Shown here: positions 54,056 to 64,000 of the stretch, piece after piece | Layout: the number at the start of each line of letters is the position of its first letter | Numbering within the stretch: the stretch's first letter is position 1 | Origin: a virus | Taxonomy: Duplodnaviria; Caudoviricetes | Virus record (IMG/VR): IMGVR_UViG_3300017700_000931 | Span: 32,001-96,000 of that record | Direction: 5' to 3' (one strand) | Length of the DNA: 64,000 nt | Translations under genes and position numbers: made by a program | The notes under the pieces: generated by a model | Told to the model about the DNA's origin: nothing | The model's input: only the letters and a program-made list of their open reading frames with translations | Databases searched by the model: none

Positions 54056-54547
54056 CTAAAAATCAAGTTTTTTACCATTTTTCATGGATTTTTCGAACAT
54101 TTGATAGACATCAATGAACGTATCGACATCAGAACGTGTCTTAACTATCTTGTAATTGAAGATGTATTTCCACAATTTAATTATATTGTGATTTATGTTT
54201 GTATCGGAATTTTTTTCATCAACAGAATAATATACTTCAACCATAAAGTTTGAGAAATAATCAAATAATTCTTGATTATTGCCAATATGTATTCCCTCCA
54301 GTTCAAAATTTTTAATAGTCCTATTCCAACACCACTTAAAATGATTCAATCTTTGTTCATCGTTAGTAATGGAATCACCCATATAGGTATCAAAAATTAA
54401 ATCAGATAATGACACCACAAAATCACAAAACAAATCACATTTTTCAAACATTATATAGTTAGAGCTATATAATAACTCAATGCTTGTTTTGCTTAATGGG
54501 TTGGTAATATAGCTCAAAAATTCCTTTGTATTTTTTAACTTACTCAT
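54056..54547 (-). CDS. hypothetical protein
   Basis: 163-aa ORF. Confidence 0.65.
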   Translation of the reverse strand: MSKLKNTKEFLSYITNPLSKTSIELLYSSNYIMFEKCDLFCDFVVSLSDLIFDTYMGDSITNDEQRLNHFKWCWNRTIKNFELEGIHIGNNQELFDYFSNFMVEVYYSVDEKNSDTNINHNIIKLWKYIFNYKIVKTRSDVDTFIDVYQMFEKSMKNGKKLDF

Positions 54548-54582
54548 ATCCTAATATATGATATGTTTAAAGAAATTAAATA

Positions 54583-55581
54583 TTATTTCAAGCTTTTTAT
54601 CATTTTTATCAAGTTCGGTTGTGGAGACATATCAAATTTGTCTTTTCTAACATTGGTGTGTGTCCATAAACCATATTTTTTTGCATTATAAGCATCGGTA
54701 TTGAATTCAAATGCTTCTGCTGGTGTCTTACTTTCTAATTCTTCTAATAACCCCTTAGTGATGTCAATAGTTGGGTAGATTTCTTTGATGTGTAGAATTA
54801 ACAATCTAAGACTTTCTATTTGTGCATCAGAATATTTATGCCAATATTGATAACCTCTGAATTTGTAACCCAAATCAATAACTTGGTCCAATGGTACCTC
54901 AGTATTTACGTAAGTAAAAAATTTATCATCCTTTTTAGTTACATAACCAAAGTTATTCACCTCAATACCTACTGATAATTTAGATGCATTAAAATTACCG
55001 ACTTCACCTAAATGCCAACCAATATAATTGTTAGGTATACATTCTACTACCACACCATCATATACCACTGTACCTTTAATACTTGGTCCACCAATAACAT
55101 ATTGTGTTCCAACACGACCTCTATCATCACCATTCCATGAATTAATACAATTATATGGGTTATCCCATCCGGCAGTATGGTGGATAAATAAATTCTTTGG
55201 CAATATCTTTCCGTAGTCCTTAACGTATTCATCAGTATCCAAGTATGCTTTATCAATCTTAAGACCTAATGTGGTATTATATGAACCCAAATATGCTAAT
55301 TTACCATCAGTATCATTAGCGGGTGGTGATTTCACAACATCATCCTTTGGTGCTACTGTGTCTTGTCTATCAGTATCGATACCTTCTAAAAGATATTTCA
55401 ATGTAGTTGGACCCACTTTACCATCATCCTTAATTTTTTTTGATAATTGGAAGGCTTTCACTGATGCCTCAGTCTTAGGACCAAAGTCCCCATCAATCTT
55501 CCCATCATAAAAACCTTTGTTTTTTAATAATTGTTGAATTTCCTTAACAGCTCTGCCGTTATCCCCTAATTTTACTACCAT
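54583..55581 (-). CDS. endolysin: peptidoglycan-binding domain plus amidase_2
   Basis: GKIDGDFGPKT..FQ..DGKVG; IHHTAG, VGIEVNN, WTHTNVR.DK.D. Confidence 0.85.
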   Translation of the reverse strand: MVVKLGDNGRAVKEIQQLLKNKGFYDGKIDGDFGPKTEASVKAFQLSKKIKDDGKVGPTTLKYLLEGIDTDRQDTVAPKDDVVKSPPANDTDGKLAYLGSYNTTLGLKIDKAYLDTDEYVKDYGKILPKNLFIHHTAGWDNPYNCINSWNGDDRGRVGTQYVIGGPSIKGTVVYDGVVVECIPNNYIGWHLGEVGNFNASKLSVGIEVNNFGYVTKKDDKFFTYVNTEVPLDQVIDLGYKFRGYQYWHKYSDAQIESLRLLILHIKEIYPTIDITKGLLEELESKTPAEAFEFNTDAYNAKKYGLWTHTNVRKDKFDMSPQPNLIKMIKSLK

Positions 55582-55654
55582 AATAACATTTTATTAATAA
55601 ATAGTTTGGTGGATTGGAAAATTCTACTTATCTTTGTGACAAGCATCTAACATT

Positions 55655-56035
55655 ATGAAGAAGATTTATAACATAGTTTGCATACCGAGTTTACTTTTAC
55701 ATGAGTTATTACACATAGTAATGACCATTGTGGTTTTCTCAAGCTGGATGGGCATTAAAATTAAAAAACATGCTGATTTCAATAAAACATTTGGATTCAC
55801 ATTCATTGTTTTTAGTGTTTCCAAATATCGGTTTCAAAACACCTTAATACATTTAGCTCCGTTTTTTGCATTTTCATTACCACTAGTATTTTTCTTTATG
55901 GACCCATACATAGGTATTCTTGTTTGGTTATACCAATTGATTACAATACCAGTCGCCATGCCTAGTAAAGAAGATTATTTGGCTATTGCGAACTATAAAA
56001 CTAATGCTGAATTAATTCACGAATTATACGAATAA
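55655..56035 (+). CDS. membrane zincin-like metalloprotease
   Basis: LLHELLH, LAP, S..D; TATCTTTG at 55629-55636. Confidence 0.65.
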   Translation: MKKIYNIVCIPSLLLHELLHIVMTIVVFSSWMGIKIKKHADFNKTFGFTFIVFSVSKYRFQNTLIHLAPFFAFSLPLVFFFMDPYIGILVWLYQLITIPVAMPSKEDYLAIANYKTNAELIHELYE

Positions 56036-56080
56036 AAAAAGCCACCCATGGGTGGCTTTTGTTTTTTTATATTTTTTTGG

Positions 56081-57340
56081 TTATGCACCAACTGTTCCAG
56101 AACTTGAACCAGCAGCCATTTTACCTAAACCGGATGCACCAGCTTTGTAAATCAACATACCTTTAATTGGCATCAATTTTCCTCTAAATTTATTTGCAGT
56201 ACCTTGTCTGATAAGTGATTCTTTATCAACTTTCATTCCTTTTTCAATTGCCTTATCGATAATTGCTAGAAATTCTTGTTCTCTTTGTTGAACAACATCA
56301 CCCTTTTCCATACCCAAGAAATCTCTCCAACCTTCATCGATTAATGATTCCATCACTTCTTCTCCTTCAGTTTCTTCAACTTCTGTCAATTCAGCTTCTT
56401 CTTCTGATTCAGTCAATAATGATTTAGTCTTATCCATGATTTGTCTGAATGTAGCATTTTCAGTCAATCTTTCATCACCTTTAAGTAAACCAAGAGTATC
56501 TTTTGATTTATACCCCATAAGGTGTTTCATTTTTTGAATGTCCTCGTTAACCATGTTAGCGTCGCAAGCTGTTTCAACAATAGCTCTACCTTCAGTAGCT
56601 GAACCTTCCCATCTAATGTTATAAGTTTCATTACCATCAGTCATTTCGAATTCTTTCAAATCTACTCTATATGTTTCAGGTATTAATCTCAATGCATTTC
56701 CTACGCCATCGAATGGTTTTTTAAACCTTAGTCTTTTTTTCATTTTTGTTTCGTTTAACTGTTTATTGTTATTTGCTTTATTTTCAACAGCGACTTTTCT
56801 AGCTTTACCTCTGGTTTTTTCATTACCAGAATTTTCAATATCATCACCGAATTGAATTAATTTATATTCAGCATCATTTCTTTTTTTAGTTGACGCTTTA
56901 ACTGCTTTTACTATTTCTTCACCAGTATGTTTACCACCAGATGAACCCCACACTTCTTCAGTGTTTCCGTTATCTTTACCAGTGTAGGTTTTATTCCCCA
57001 TTTTAGAATCACCTTTTAGAGCCATTTCAGCTCTTTCTTTGAAATTCTCAGTTGGTTCATTATCATATTTCAACATTTCTTGTCCATTAAGAATTTCCAT
57101 CTCATCATGGTATTCTTTTTCTTCTGAACTCAGTTCACGTTTTACTGGAACAATGGCATCTTTATCCTCTTGTTTTGCAGCTTTATCGTAATCTTTCATT
57201 TTTTTGTTAACATCAGTATAGTATTCACTATTTACCTTTTTTTCGGCTTTTTGAACCTTTTCAGCAGTAGCAAGACCATTAGGTTTATCTTCATTAATGA
57301 GATTACCGGATAAGTGTTTATTTATTAAATTTTTATACAT
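56081..57340 (-). CDS. hypothetical protein (probably virion/head-associated)
   Basis: 419 aa; INE/LNE/LTE motifs. Confidence 0.65.
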   Translation of the reverse strand: MYKNLINKHLSGNLINEDKPNGLATAEKVQKAEKKVNSEYYTDVNKKMKDYDKAAKQEDKDAIVPVKRELSSEEKEYHDEMEILNGQEMLKYDNEPTENFKERAEMALKGDSKMGNKTYTGKDNGNTEEVWGSSGGKHTGEEIVKAVKASTKKRNDAEYKLIQFGDDIENSGNEKTRGKARKVAVENKANNNKQLNETKMKKRLRFKKPFDGVGNALRLIPETYRVDLKEFEMTDGNETYNIRWEGSATEGRAIVETACDANMVNEDIQKMKHLMGYKSKDTLGLLKGDERLTENATFRQIMDKTKSLLTESEEEAELTEVEETEGEEVMESLIDEGWRDFLGMEKGDVVQQREQEFLAIIDKAIEKGMKVDKESLIRQGTANKFRGKLMPIKGMLIYKAGASGLGKMAAGSSSGTVGA

Positions 57341-57432
57341 CTTAAAATAGTTTTATAGTCATACCTGTAATCCAAATCTAAACTTCAGAATGTTTTGACA
57401 TTTTATTATAAATATATGAAATAAGAGTAAAA

Positions 57433-59772
57433 TCACCCTTTTTTTCTTTGAATTATCTTTTTAACTTCATCAATGGTTCTACCAGTTTTTTTGGCTACCT
57501 CGTAATATACTGCATCATCAGAAATAACAGAATCTTTCGTTTGTTTCAATTTAACCACCTTATCAACGGCACCAGTACTGCAACCACCATTTTGGGCCTT
57601 TTTATTGTTGTTTAATTTAGTACAATCGTCCAATTTGACAAAACCACCTTCTGGATAAGCGGTTGATGTAGTATTCACCGATTCCTTTATAGTCTTATCA
57701 ACAATCTTTCCCTTTGGATACATCGTTTTTTTACCAAATCTCATATTTGCTTTATCTTTGGCCCAGATTTTTGGTTGAACAAAAGACCCACTTGAAGCAG
57801 CTGTTGTTGTTTCCTCCACTTCATTTGGTTTAAGAGCTTCTTTAAGACCATCAAATACAATTGAATATAATTCGTCAAATACAGAATAGGCATCACGAAT
57901 TTTTTCAGATTCTTGATTGAAAATCAATTTATCTTTTTTTGTTTCTTTATTAAAAATATACAATAATTCACTATTGGAAATTTTACCATCTTCTCTTAAT
58001 AATGAAATAGAATACTCTAGTGTTTTTTCATTATCATTTTTATTAATGACTTTATCAATAATAAAAACACCTAACGCCGGGTGTTGAAAATTTTTGTATT
58101 TTAAATTACTCAATTTTTCATTTTCAGAATCATTACCTTCAACCTCACCAACAATTTTTTTCATTTCAGACGCTGGGTCATTCTTATTGATTGTTGTTGA
58201 TGAACCCATCGGTGCAACAAATGCTCCACTGGATGATGCTGTTGTTTCACTCAAGGATAAATTACTAAGTGTTGATATCAATTCTTGTTTTTTTGCTGGG
58301 TCACTAATATGTTTAACTAACGCCATCAATTCATCAATCATTTCTTGGTCAATTTCAACTAATTGTTTACCATTTTCATAATCAGAATAGCCTTTACCTA
58401 GCGATAAATTAGCATAGTTATCATTAACATAGGAATCTATGATATTACTATCCATTTCCCAATCCCCATATTCAACATCCATCATACCGTCTTCATCTCG
58501 ACCTATTGGTGTTTCATCACGACTAGCATAATTAGCGAATTCATTTTTATCAACTGTTTCAACATTAAAAACATAGTACTTACCATCCTTTTCAAAGATT
58601 GCATTTTCTTGATGCCACCATAGTAAATCTAATGGTCTATTTTGTGGGGTTATTCCCGGATTAGGTTCTTTTTGATTCCAAGGCGCACTAGGGTCTTCAT
58701 TAGCACCCATTGGATAGTTATCCTCCTCAATTGGTTTATCAGTTTCTGATTTTCTTCTTTTTAGTTCTTCAGCTCTTTTTTGTTTAATTTTAGAAGCGAT
58801 TGATTCAGGTGATGGTTTTGGACCTTCCTTCCTTTTCAATTGTTGTTGAAGATTTGTTTTGATTTTATCAGATGATTCCGCAATTTCTGGAACATACTCT
58901 TTGTATAATGCTTTTACATTATCGTAGAAATTTGGTTTTAATATTTTAATCAATTTTTTACCATTAATTAAATTATGACCAATCATCCCAATTTCAAACA
59001 TTTTTTTGGTTAAATCGTTTTTACTAACACCACGGTCTCTCCAAAATTTATTTATATGCTCATCAGTTGGGTCCGTTAAAAGTTCTTTAAGGAATTTTAT
59101 TACCTGTTGACCAAATTCAATGATATCTACTTGCGAAGCCGGATTACCCTTATTTTCATTAAAGGATTTAGTTGTTTTAATATTTTCTTTTTCAGTTTGA
59201 GGCTTAAAATCACCCCTAAGTGTATCTTCAAATTTTATATTGGCTTTAGGTATTGACCTACCAGCAGATTTAAAATTATTAGTTACCTTTGTTGATGGCC
59301 TCATTGGTTTTGGTGGCATTTTAAATTCATGTTCGTTGGATTCACCGACTGAATTAGTTGGGCATAGTTCTTTTGGGTTACCAATTAATTGAACTCCCAA
59401 TCCTTCACCTTCTTCTTTTACAATTTCTTCTTGAAGTTCTTTATTATAGAATCCTTTCGCATAAGCGGCACACATTTCTTTACCATTATTAAAATCACTA
59501 CTATCCTTTGAATATGGTTGCCAAGTTTTAGCCCTATCACTATAGAAACTTCTACCTAGATAAAAACCTTTTGGTGTTTTATACATCATGATATCACTCA
59601 CTGGCTCATTATCACGGCTCTTAGCGACCACTTCGAATTTCTCATCAATTCTATTTTCAAACAATCGATTATATTGTTCACTAGTAATTTTTACCAACTT
59701 TTTTTTTGGTAATTGTTCTTCTAGACTTTGTAACATCACAATTTGTGATTCAGTTAATTTAATTTTTCCCAT
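57433..59772 (-). CDS. large hypothetical protein (probably virion/head-associated)
   Basis: TAATG coupling with upstream gene; ETT..SSG.F repeats. Confidence 0.65.
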   Translation of the reverse strand: MGKIKLTESQIVMLQSLEEQLPKKKLVKITSEQYNRLFENRIDEKFEVVAKSRDNEPVSDIMMYKTPKGFYLGRSFYSDRAKTWQPYSKDSSDFNNGKEMCAAYAKGFYNKELQEEIVKEEGEGLGVQLIGNPKELCPTNSVGESNEHEFKMPPKPMRPSTKVTNNFKSAGRSIPKANIKFEDTLRGDFKPQTEKENIKTTKSFNENKGNPASQVDIIEFGQQVIKFLKELLTDPTDEHINKFWRDRGVSKNDLTKKMFEIGMIGHNLINGKKLIKILKPNFYDNVKALYKEYVPEIAESSDKIKTNLQQQLKRKEGPKPSPESIASKIKQKRAEELKRRKSETDKPIEEDNYPMGANEDPSAPWNQKEPNPGITPQNRPLDLLWWHQENAIFEKDGKYYVFNVETVDKNEFANYASRDETPIGRDEDGMMDVEYGDWEMDSNIIDSYVNDNYANLSLGKGYSDYENGKQLVEIDQEMIDELMALVKHISDPAKKQELISTLSNLSLSETTASSSGAFVAPMGSSTTINKNDPASEMKKIVGEVEGNDSENEKLSNLKYKNFQHPALGVFIIDKVINKNDNEKTLEYSISLLREDGKISNSELLYIFNKETKKDKLIFNQESEKIRDAYSVFDELYSIVFDGLKEALKPNEVEETTTAASSGSFVQPKIWAKDKANMRFGKKTMYPKGKIVDKTIKESVNTTSTAYPEGGFVKLDDCTKLNNNKKAQNGGCSTGAVDKVVKLKQTKDSVISDDAVYYEVAKKTGRTIDEVKKIIQRKKG

Positions 59773-60026
59773 TACGATTCTTTGTTTTTCAAGCTGGACT
59801 GCCAAAAATTCCTTTTAGTCCACAATGTTTTATATAATTGAGCAAGCACATTTTTACTGATATCTACCATGAATTTCTCCAAATCTGGGTCATTCTTGAT
59901 TTTATCCTTAACAATTTTCGCCACTTTATCAGATAGTGCATTAGAATCTAATACCTTATCGATTTCACGATTTACATCTGATTTAGTCAATTCTTCGTTA
60001 AGCCTATTTTTGATGAACTCTTTCAT
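59772..60026 (-). CDS. hypothetical protein
   Basis: MKEFIKNRLNE; ATATTTAT at 60040-60047. Confidence 0.65.
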   Translation of the reverse strand: MKEFIKNRLNEELTKSDVNREIDKVLDSNALSDKVAKIVKDKIKNDPDLEKFMVDISKNVLAQLYKTLWTKRNFWQSSLKNKES

Positions 60027-60104
60027 TTCATGTTTATTAATAAATATTGAGCTTAAAGCAAAAAAGCCCACCATTATGGTGGGCTTTTTATTGTGAATGT
60101 GTCT

Positions 60105-60911
60105 TTAAAATCTAATCAGTGAGTATTGTATGGAGATACCGAAACTAAACCCGATACCAAGGTTTGCTGTTGGCATCGTATTAATGTTAACCCCAAAACC
60201 AGCATATGGTCCAATACCCCATCTTTTTGGTTCGGTGAATTTTTTCATTACTGGATGATTTTTTGGGTCAATAATAGCACCATCTAATTGTATGTTTTCA
60301 AATCCGGGGAAACCAGACCTCACAAATATTTCGATATTACCATCTTTCTCTCTTAATCCCGTAACTAAATCAAATTTAAAATAATCCTTAGTTATAATTG
60401 TTTCCAGCGGTATAATATTTCCACTGGAATCTATAGTAAATTTACTAATACCGGATAGGTGCCTCTCATTATTTTGATTATAGATAGTATCATTTGACCA
60501 AGATAAGCCATTTTCTCCATTTGGGTAGCTGATTAATGTATTGGTCAAGTATGTTGTATCTCTTTCAATCTTAGATACCAATTTGATGATTTCATTAACC
60601 TTACCTTTTTCTTTTTTGACTTCTTCAGCTAAATCTGCATTCAAATCTTCTAAATCTCGCTTCTCAGCAATTAAAATGTTTTTTGAATACTCAAGTTCGC
60701 CAACTTTATTTTCAGACACTCTGACTGAATCATTTAACGCTTTGATATTTTGCTCTGAGAACATCAATTTGGTTTTTAAATTAGAGTATCTATTGAATCC
60801 AATACCAAATGCTAATGTTAAAAGCAATAGAACTATAACTAAGATGTTTCTTTGTCTTTTGGTAGAAACAATACTAGTTAATTTTGTTGAAATATTTTCT
60901 TCTTCACTCAT
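60105..60911 (-). CDS. membrane-anchored coiled-coil protein (spanin-like)
   Basis: N-terminal TM, coiled coil, C-terminal KRWGIGPYAGFG beta segment. Confidence 0.5.
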   Translation of the reverse strand: MSEEENISTKLTSIVSTKRQRNILVIVLLLLTLAFGIGFNRYSNLKTKLMFSEQNIKALNDSVRVSENKVGELEYSKNILIAEKRDLEDLNADLAEEVKKEKGKVNEIIKLVSKIERDTTYLTNTLISYPNGENGLSWSNDTIYNQNNERHLSGISKFTIDSSGNIIPLETIITKDYFKFDLVTGLREKDGNIEIFVRSGFPGFENIQLDGAIIDPKNHPVMKKFTEPKRWGIGPYAGFGVNINTMPTANLGIGFSFGISIQYSLIRF

Positions 60912-60913
60912 AA

Positions 60914-61333
60914 TTATGATTTTTGTGATGGTTTATATTCGGAAGCTAGTTTTTGAAACCATTCTGACTTCCAATTGTCATAAAACCCCTTAAGTTTTTT
61001 GATTTTATCTGATACTTCATCAGTAATTTGTATATTACTACCAGTGATGTATAAACCATTAGAATCTTCTAGTGTCATTTGAAATTCGATACCACCCATA
61101 CCTTGGATTACACCACCAAAAACGACGTTATTAGCCTCTGGGTACACATTAAACACAGTAAATTGTGTGGAACCATCAATAATTTCTCTAAATTTTTGTT
61201 CTTCAGCTTTCCTCTCTTCACCACTCAATTGTATTACACCATTGTTTGGTGTTGAATTTTGATTAACACCGGAGTTTTCTCTAATAATATTCAACATCTT
61301 CATTGTGATGTCGTGTTCATTAAGGTTTTTCAT
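60914..61333 (-). CDS. hypothetical protein
   Basis: 139-aa ORF. Confidence 0.6.
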   Translation of the reverse strand: MKNLNEHDITMKMLNIIRENSGVNQNSTPNNGVIQLSGEERKAEEQKFREIIDGSTQFTVFNVYPEANNVVFGGVIQGMGGIEFQMTLEDSNGLYITGSNIQITDEVSDKIKKLKGFYDNWKSEWFQKLASEYKPSQKS

Positions 61334-61338
61334 TTCAA

Positions 61339-61959
61339 TTATTTTAATTCTAAATTATTTTTAAACTCATCAAATTTAAATGCCGGACTAATATCAGAAA
61401 AATACTTAGTAAAATTGGCTCTATAAAGAATCCCTTCGAAATCACCAGCACTTTCAATATTAGTGTTATGAGATAAAGCGACCAATGGTATATTAAATCT
61501 CTCACAAATATATTTACATAAATTAATCAAGGAATTCATTTGTTCTTCAGTGTATGGACACCAGTATGAATGGTTTCTCCATCTTTTTTCAACAACTTCA
61601 TCCTCTTGATTATAAATATCACCAAGCCAAGTAAGGTATCTGTTATTTTGTAAATCCTTATATAACCAACCTTGATTTTCAAGAATAATTGGGATTGCGT
61701 GTTTATCGATTTCTTCGATTCCAACAAAATCTGAATGATATTTTGGGTCGTAATGGATGTGTATAGTTCCATCTCTGAGGATTGTGAATGGGGCCGTAGC
61801 TTTATACTTACCATTCAATCGTGTTTGCCATTTATTCAAATGGTCCAAATTATTAGACATTGAATGACCAATAATGATTTGTGTTTTTTTATATTCAGTT
61901 TGATAAAATTGATTCGACCCTAATAAGTGGGTGTTTTTCATTAAAACATGATTAATCAT
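61339..61959 (-). CDS. amidase_2-like protein (possibly degenerate)
   Basis: IIIGHS..FTI.RDG.I..IILEN..SHN..DISP. Confidence 0.6.
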   Translation of the reverse strand: MINHVLMKNTHLLGSNQFYQTEYKKTQIIIGHSMSNNLDHLNKWQTRLNGKYKATAPFTILRDGTIHIHYDPKYHSDFVGIEEIDKHAIPIILENQGWLYKDLQNNRYLTWLGDIYNQEDEVVEKRWRNHSYWCPYTEEQMNSLINLCKYICERFNIPLVALSHNTNIESAGDFEGILYRANFTKYFSDISPAFKFDEFKNNLELK

Positions 61960-61961
61960 AT

Positions 61962-63275
61962 TTAATCAATTCTTGGTCTTTTAAAATAAAACTTCTTTGG
62001 TTCATTAGTTCTAATTTCTTTGTTAGAACCAACTTTTTTAGGTTGGGGAACATTAACTGAATAACCCCTACTACCTTGTTTTATCTCCTTTATTTCTTCA
62101 CGTTTAACAGTACCAGTAGGTATAACAGGTTCTTGTTTGGCTTCTACAATATCTTCTGGTTTCAATACTTCTTCTTGTTCATCAATAATTTTGACTTCTT
62201 CCACTACATCAATAACCTCTGGAATATTGATTACCTCTGGCATAACGGTTTCCTCATTGATGCTATCCTCAATATTTTCATTAGTACTACCAGATGGTTC
62301 CGGCTCATCAATTATTTCATCCACCACTTCAGTATCTATAATATCAACTGTATTAATATTTTTCGGTGTAATTAAAATTGGTTTATCTGCATCAGGTAAT
62401 TTTACTGGGTCGTCACCATCTGGTTTTTTTTTGTTTAATTCAAAAACCTTATTAGCGGCTAATAATAATGAAATGGCCATTGGGTCGAAGATAAAGATGA
62501 TTAACAAAACTATCCAATTGATAATTGAATCCATAGGTCTACCAGTTAATGTTGAAATGTATTTTAACGGACCTATTTCAGCAGCTACATCTGATGTTGA
62601 TTTTAATTCTAAAATTTGAACCTGATATGAACTAACTGAATCTTGTAATGCTGAATTTGATTTAACTATGGTATCAATATCAGAAGTTAATTTTTGAATC
62701 TCGGTATTCGCAATATCAATTTCACCCCTAGTTCTTTTAGCGTTGGTGCTTTGCCCCTTTGAGACATATTCATCCAACCTAGCTTCTTGTTGTGCTCTTA
62801 AATTAGATAACATACCGACCCTATCACGTTTGGTGCCGATTACTTTATTATTATCATCAATTTTTATTTGAAAGATATCTCTTTTACCCTCAAGGATTAA
62901 AACTTCACCCTCATGAACTTCCATTTTATTGGCAGTATCTTGATAGGCATTTGTTAAAAAACCATAAATACCAACTGATGTTAAAAACATTGTTGCAATC
63001 ACACCAATACCCAAATATGTTCGTAATGAAACTAATCGTTTAAAAAAATAACTAATCTTAGTGTGCCCCTCACGAGACGGCATCGTTTTCTTACCATATC
63101 TATGAAGATATAATGTAGTAACAACCTTAGCTGATTCTATAATGGCCATAACAACCATAACAATCATAGCCTCACCAGCAAATAACTTTCCCCATCCAGC
63201 AACTGATATGTATGCGGCTGAACCTGCTAATGTGATAGCAAATAATCCTAAAATATATCCTAAGTGTAATTTCAT
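61962..63275 (-). CDS. membrane coiled-coil protein
   Basis: N-terminal TMs, coiled coil, GPLKYI..IFIFDPMAI. Confidence 0.65.
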   Translation of the reverse strand: MKLHLGYILGLFAITLAGSAAYISVAGWGKLFAGEAMIVMVVMAIIESAKVVTTLYLHRYGKKTMPSREGHTKISYFFKRLVSLRTYLGIGVIATMFLTSVGIYGFLTNAYQDTANKMEVHEGEVLILEGKRDIFQIKIDDNNKVIGTKRDRVGMLSNLRAQQEARLDEYVSKGQSTNAKRTRGEIDIANTEIQKLTSDIDTIVKSNSALQDSVSSYQVQILELKSTSDVAAEIGPLKYISTLTGRPMDSIINWIVLLIIFIFDPMAISLLLAANKVFELNKKKPDGDDPVKLPDADKPILITPKNINTVDIIDTEVVDEIIDEPEPSGSTNENIEDSINEETVMPEVINIPEVIDVVEEVKIIDEQEEVLKPEDIVEAKQEPVIPTGTVKREEIKEIKQGSRGYSVNVPQPKKVGSNKEIRTNEPKKFYFKRPRID

Positions 63276-63327
63276 ATAATCCTTTTATTATAAATATTCA
63301 ATACCTAAAAAAGGGCTTAAGCCCTTT

Positions 63328-64000
63328 TTATTCATTCATTAATTCATAAAGATTATGAACATTATGTCTGAGTTTTCTGATAGCCTTTTCTTTAATTTGA
63401 CGAATTCTTTCTTTAGTTAAATCATATCTATCACCAATAGCTTCTAGGGTCATTGGCTCACAATCCGTATTTAATCCAAAATAACATTCAATGATACTTC
63501 TTTCTCTTTCATCAAGAATATCAAGTGTTTTATACAATTCATTCTTAACCCTATCATTATCGGTATCAAAAATACTAATGTCTTCCTGTGTTTCATCTGG
63601 AATTACTTCCAATAATTCATCACCATCTTCATTTATTTTTTGATTCAAAGAACCACATGATGGAATATTAGTTACCTCTTCGAAAGATTCTTGTTCACCA
63701 TTTCTAGTTAAAACTTCGTCACCATCGATTGGGGTTCTACCGTTTTCGGTTTCAAATCTTTCGATTTGTTTTCTAATTTTATAAAGTTTGTTGATTACAT
63801 TAGCCGGAAGTCTAATTGACCTAGAATGGTCATTTAAACTTTGCATAATTGATTGTTTAATCCAATAAACAGCGTAAGAAATAAATCGAAACCCTCTTGT
63901 GTGGTCAAATCTCATTGCGGCTTTAATTAAGCCGTAATTACCTTCACTAATCAAGTCAGCCAGTGTTAATCCCTGACCTTGATATTCTTTTGCTATTGAA
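63328..64000 (-). CDS. RNA polymerase sigma factor (RpoD/sigma70 family), 5' end off window
   Basis: DLISEGNYGLIKAA.RFD..RGFRFISYAVYWIKQSI; TLEAIG..LTKERIRQIKEKAIRKLR. Confidence 0.9.
   Translation of the reverse strand, partial: SIAKEYQGQGLTLADLISEGNYGLIKAAMRFDHTRGFRFISYAVYWIKQSIMQSLNDHSRSIRLPANVINKLYKIRKQIERFETENGRTPIDGDEVLTRNGEQESFEEVTNIPSCGSLNQKINEDGDELLEVIPDETQEDISIFDTDNDRVKNELYKTLDILDERERSIIECYFGLNTDCEPMTLEAIGDRYDLTKERIRQIKEKAIRKLRHNVHNLYELMNE

Noticed and set aside
3183-62619. Numerous antisense ORFs inside long genes (e.g. 3183, 22555, 28007, 50570, 60541, 62137)
   Set aside because: They are shadow frames of well-supported opposite-strand genes.
1-64000. Genome-wide stop-codon reassignment (code 15 or 4)
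   Set aside because: Long genes are intact in code 11. TAG ends Rnl1 (15410) and the peptidase (39539), and TGA ends DNA ligase in an ATGA overlap (12493-12496). The interruptions are local.

Overview
A 64-kb, AT-rich segment of a jumbo (T4-like) phage genome, almost all on the minus strand. The host is probably a Bacteroidota: TAnnTTTG -7 promoter boxes recur, SD motifs are absent, and there are lipoproteins and a TonB receptor. It carries two large tRNA clusters plus scattered tRNAs, a tmRNA, a CCA-adding enzyme, RNA repair enzymes (Rnl1, Rnl2-like, kinase/2H phosphoesterase), a DNA ligase, ClpP, DnaJ, an HslV-like peptidase, a TonB receptor-PnuC-NadR NAD-salvage operon, lysis genes and a sigma factor. 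The main result is an apparent translation-surveillance network. (1) Each tRNA cluster is preceded by the same 57-bp promoter, a 30-codon leader peptide built from the codons that cluster decodes, an antiterminator and an intrinsic terminator. This is the layout of ribosome-mediated attenuation, here applied to phage tRNA arrays. (2) An RF1-type release factor gene is interrupted by an in-frame UGA and by a prfB-like +1 frameshift site at CUU-UAG-C. (3) A Pth2-like gene has UAG at codon 4 and sits just downstream of a D-armless tRNA-like gene with a CUA anticodon loop. Many atypical tRNAs and a ~1-kb array of tRNA-like mini-RNAs are also present. All calls come from manual reading; no searches or folding programs were run.
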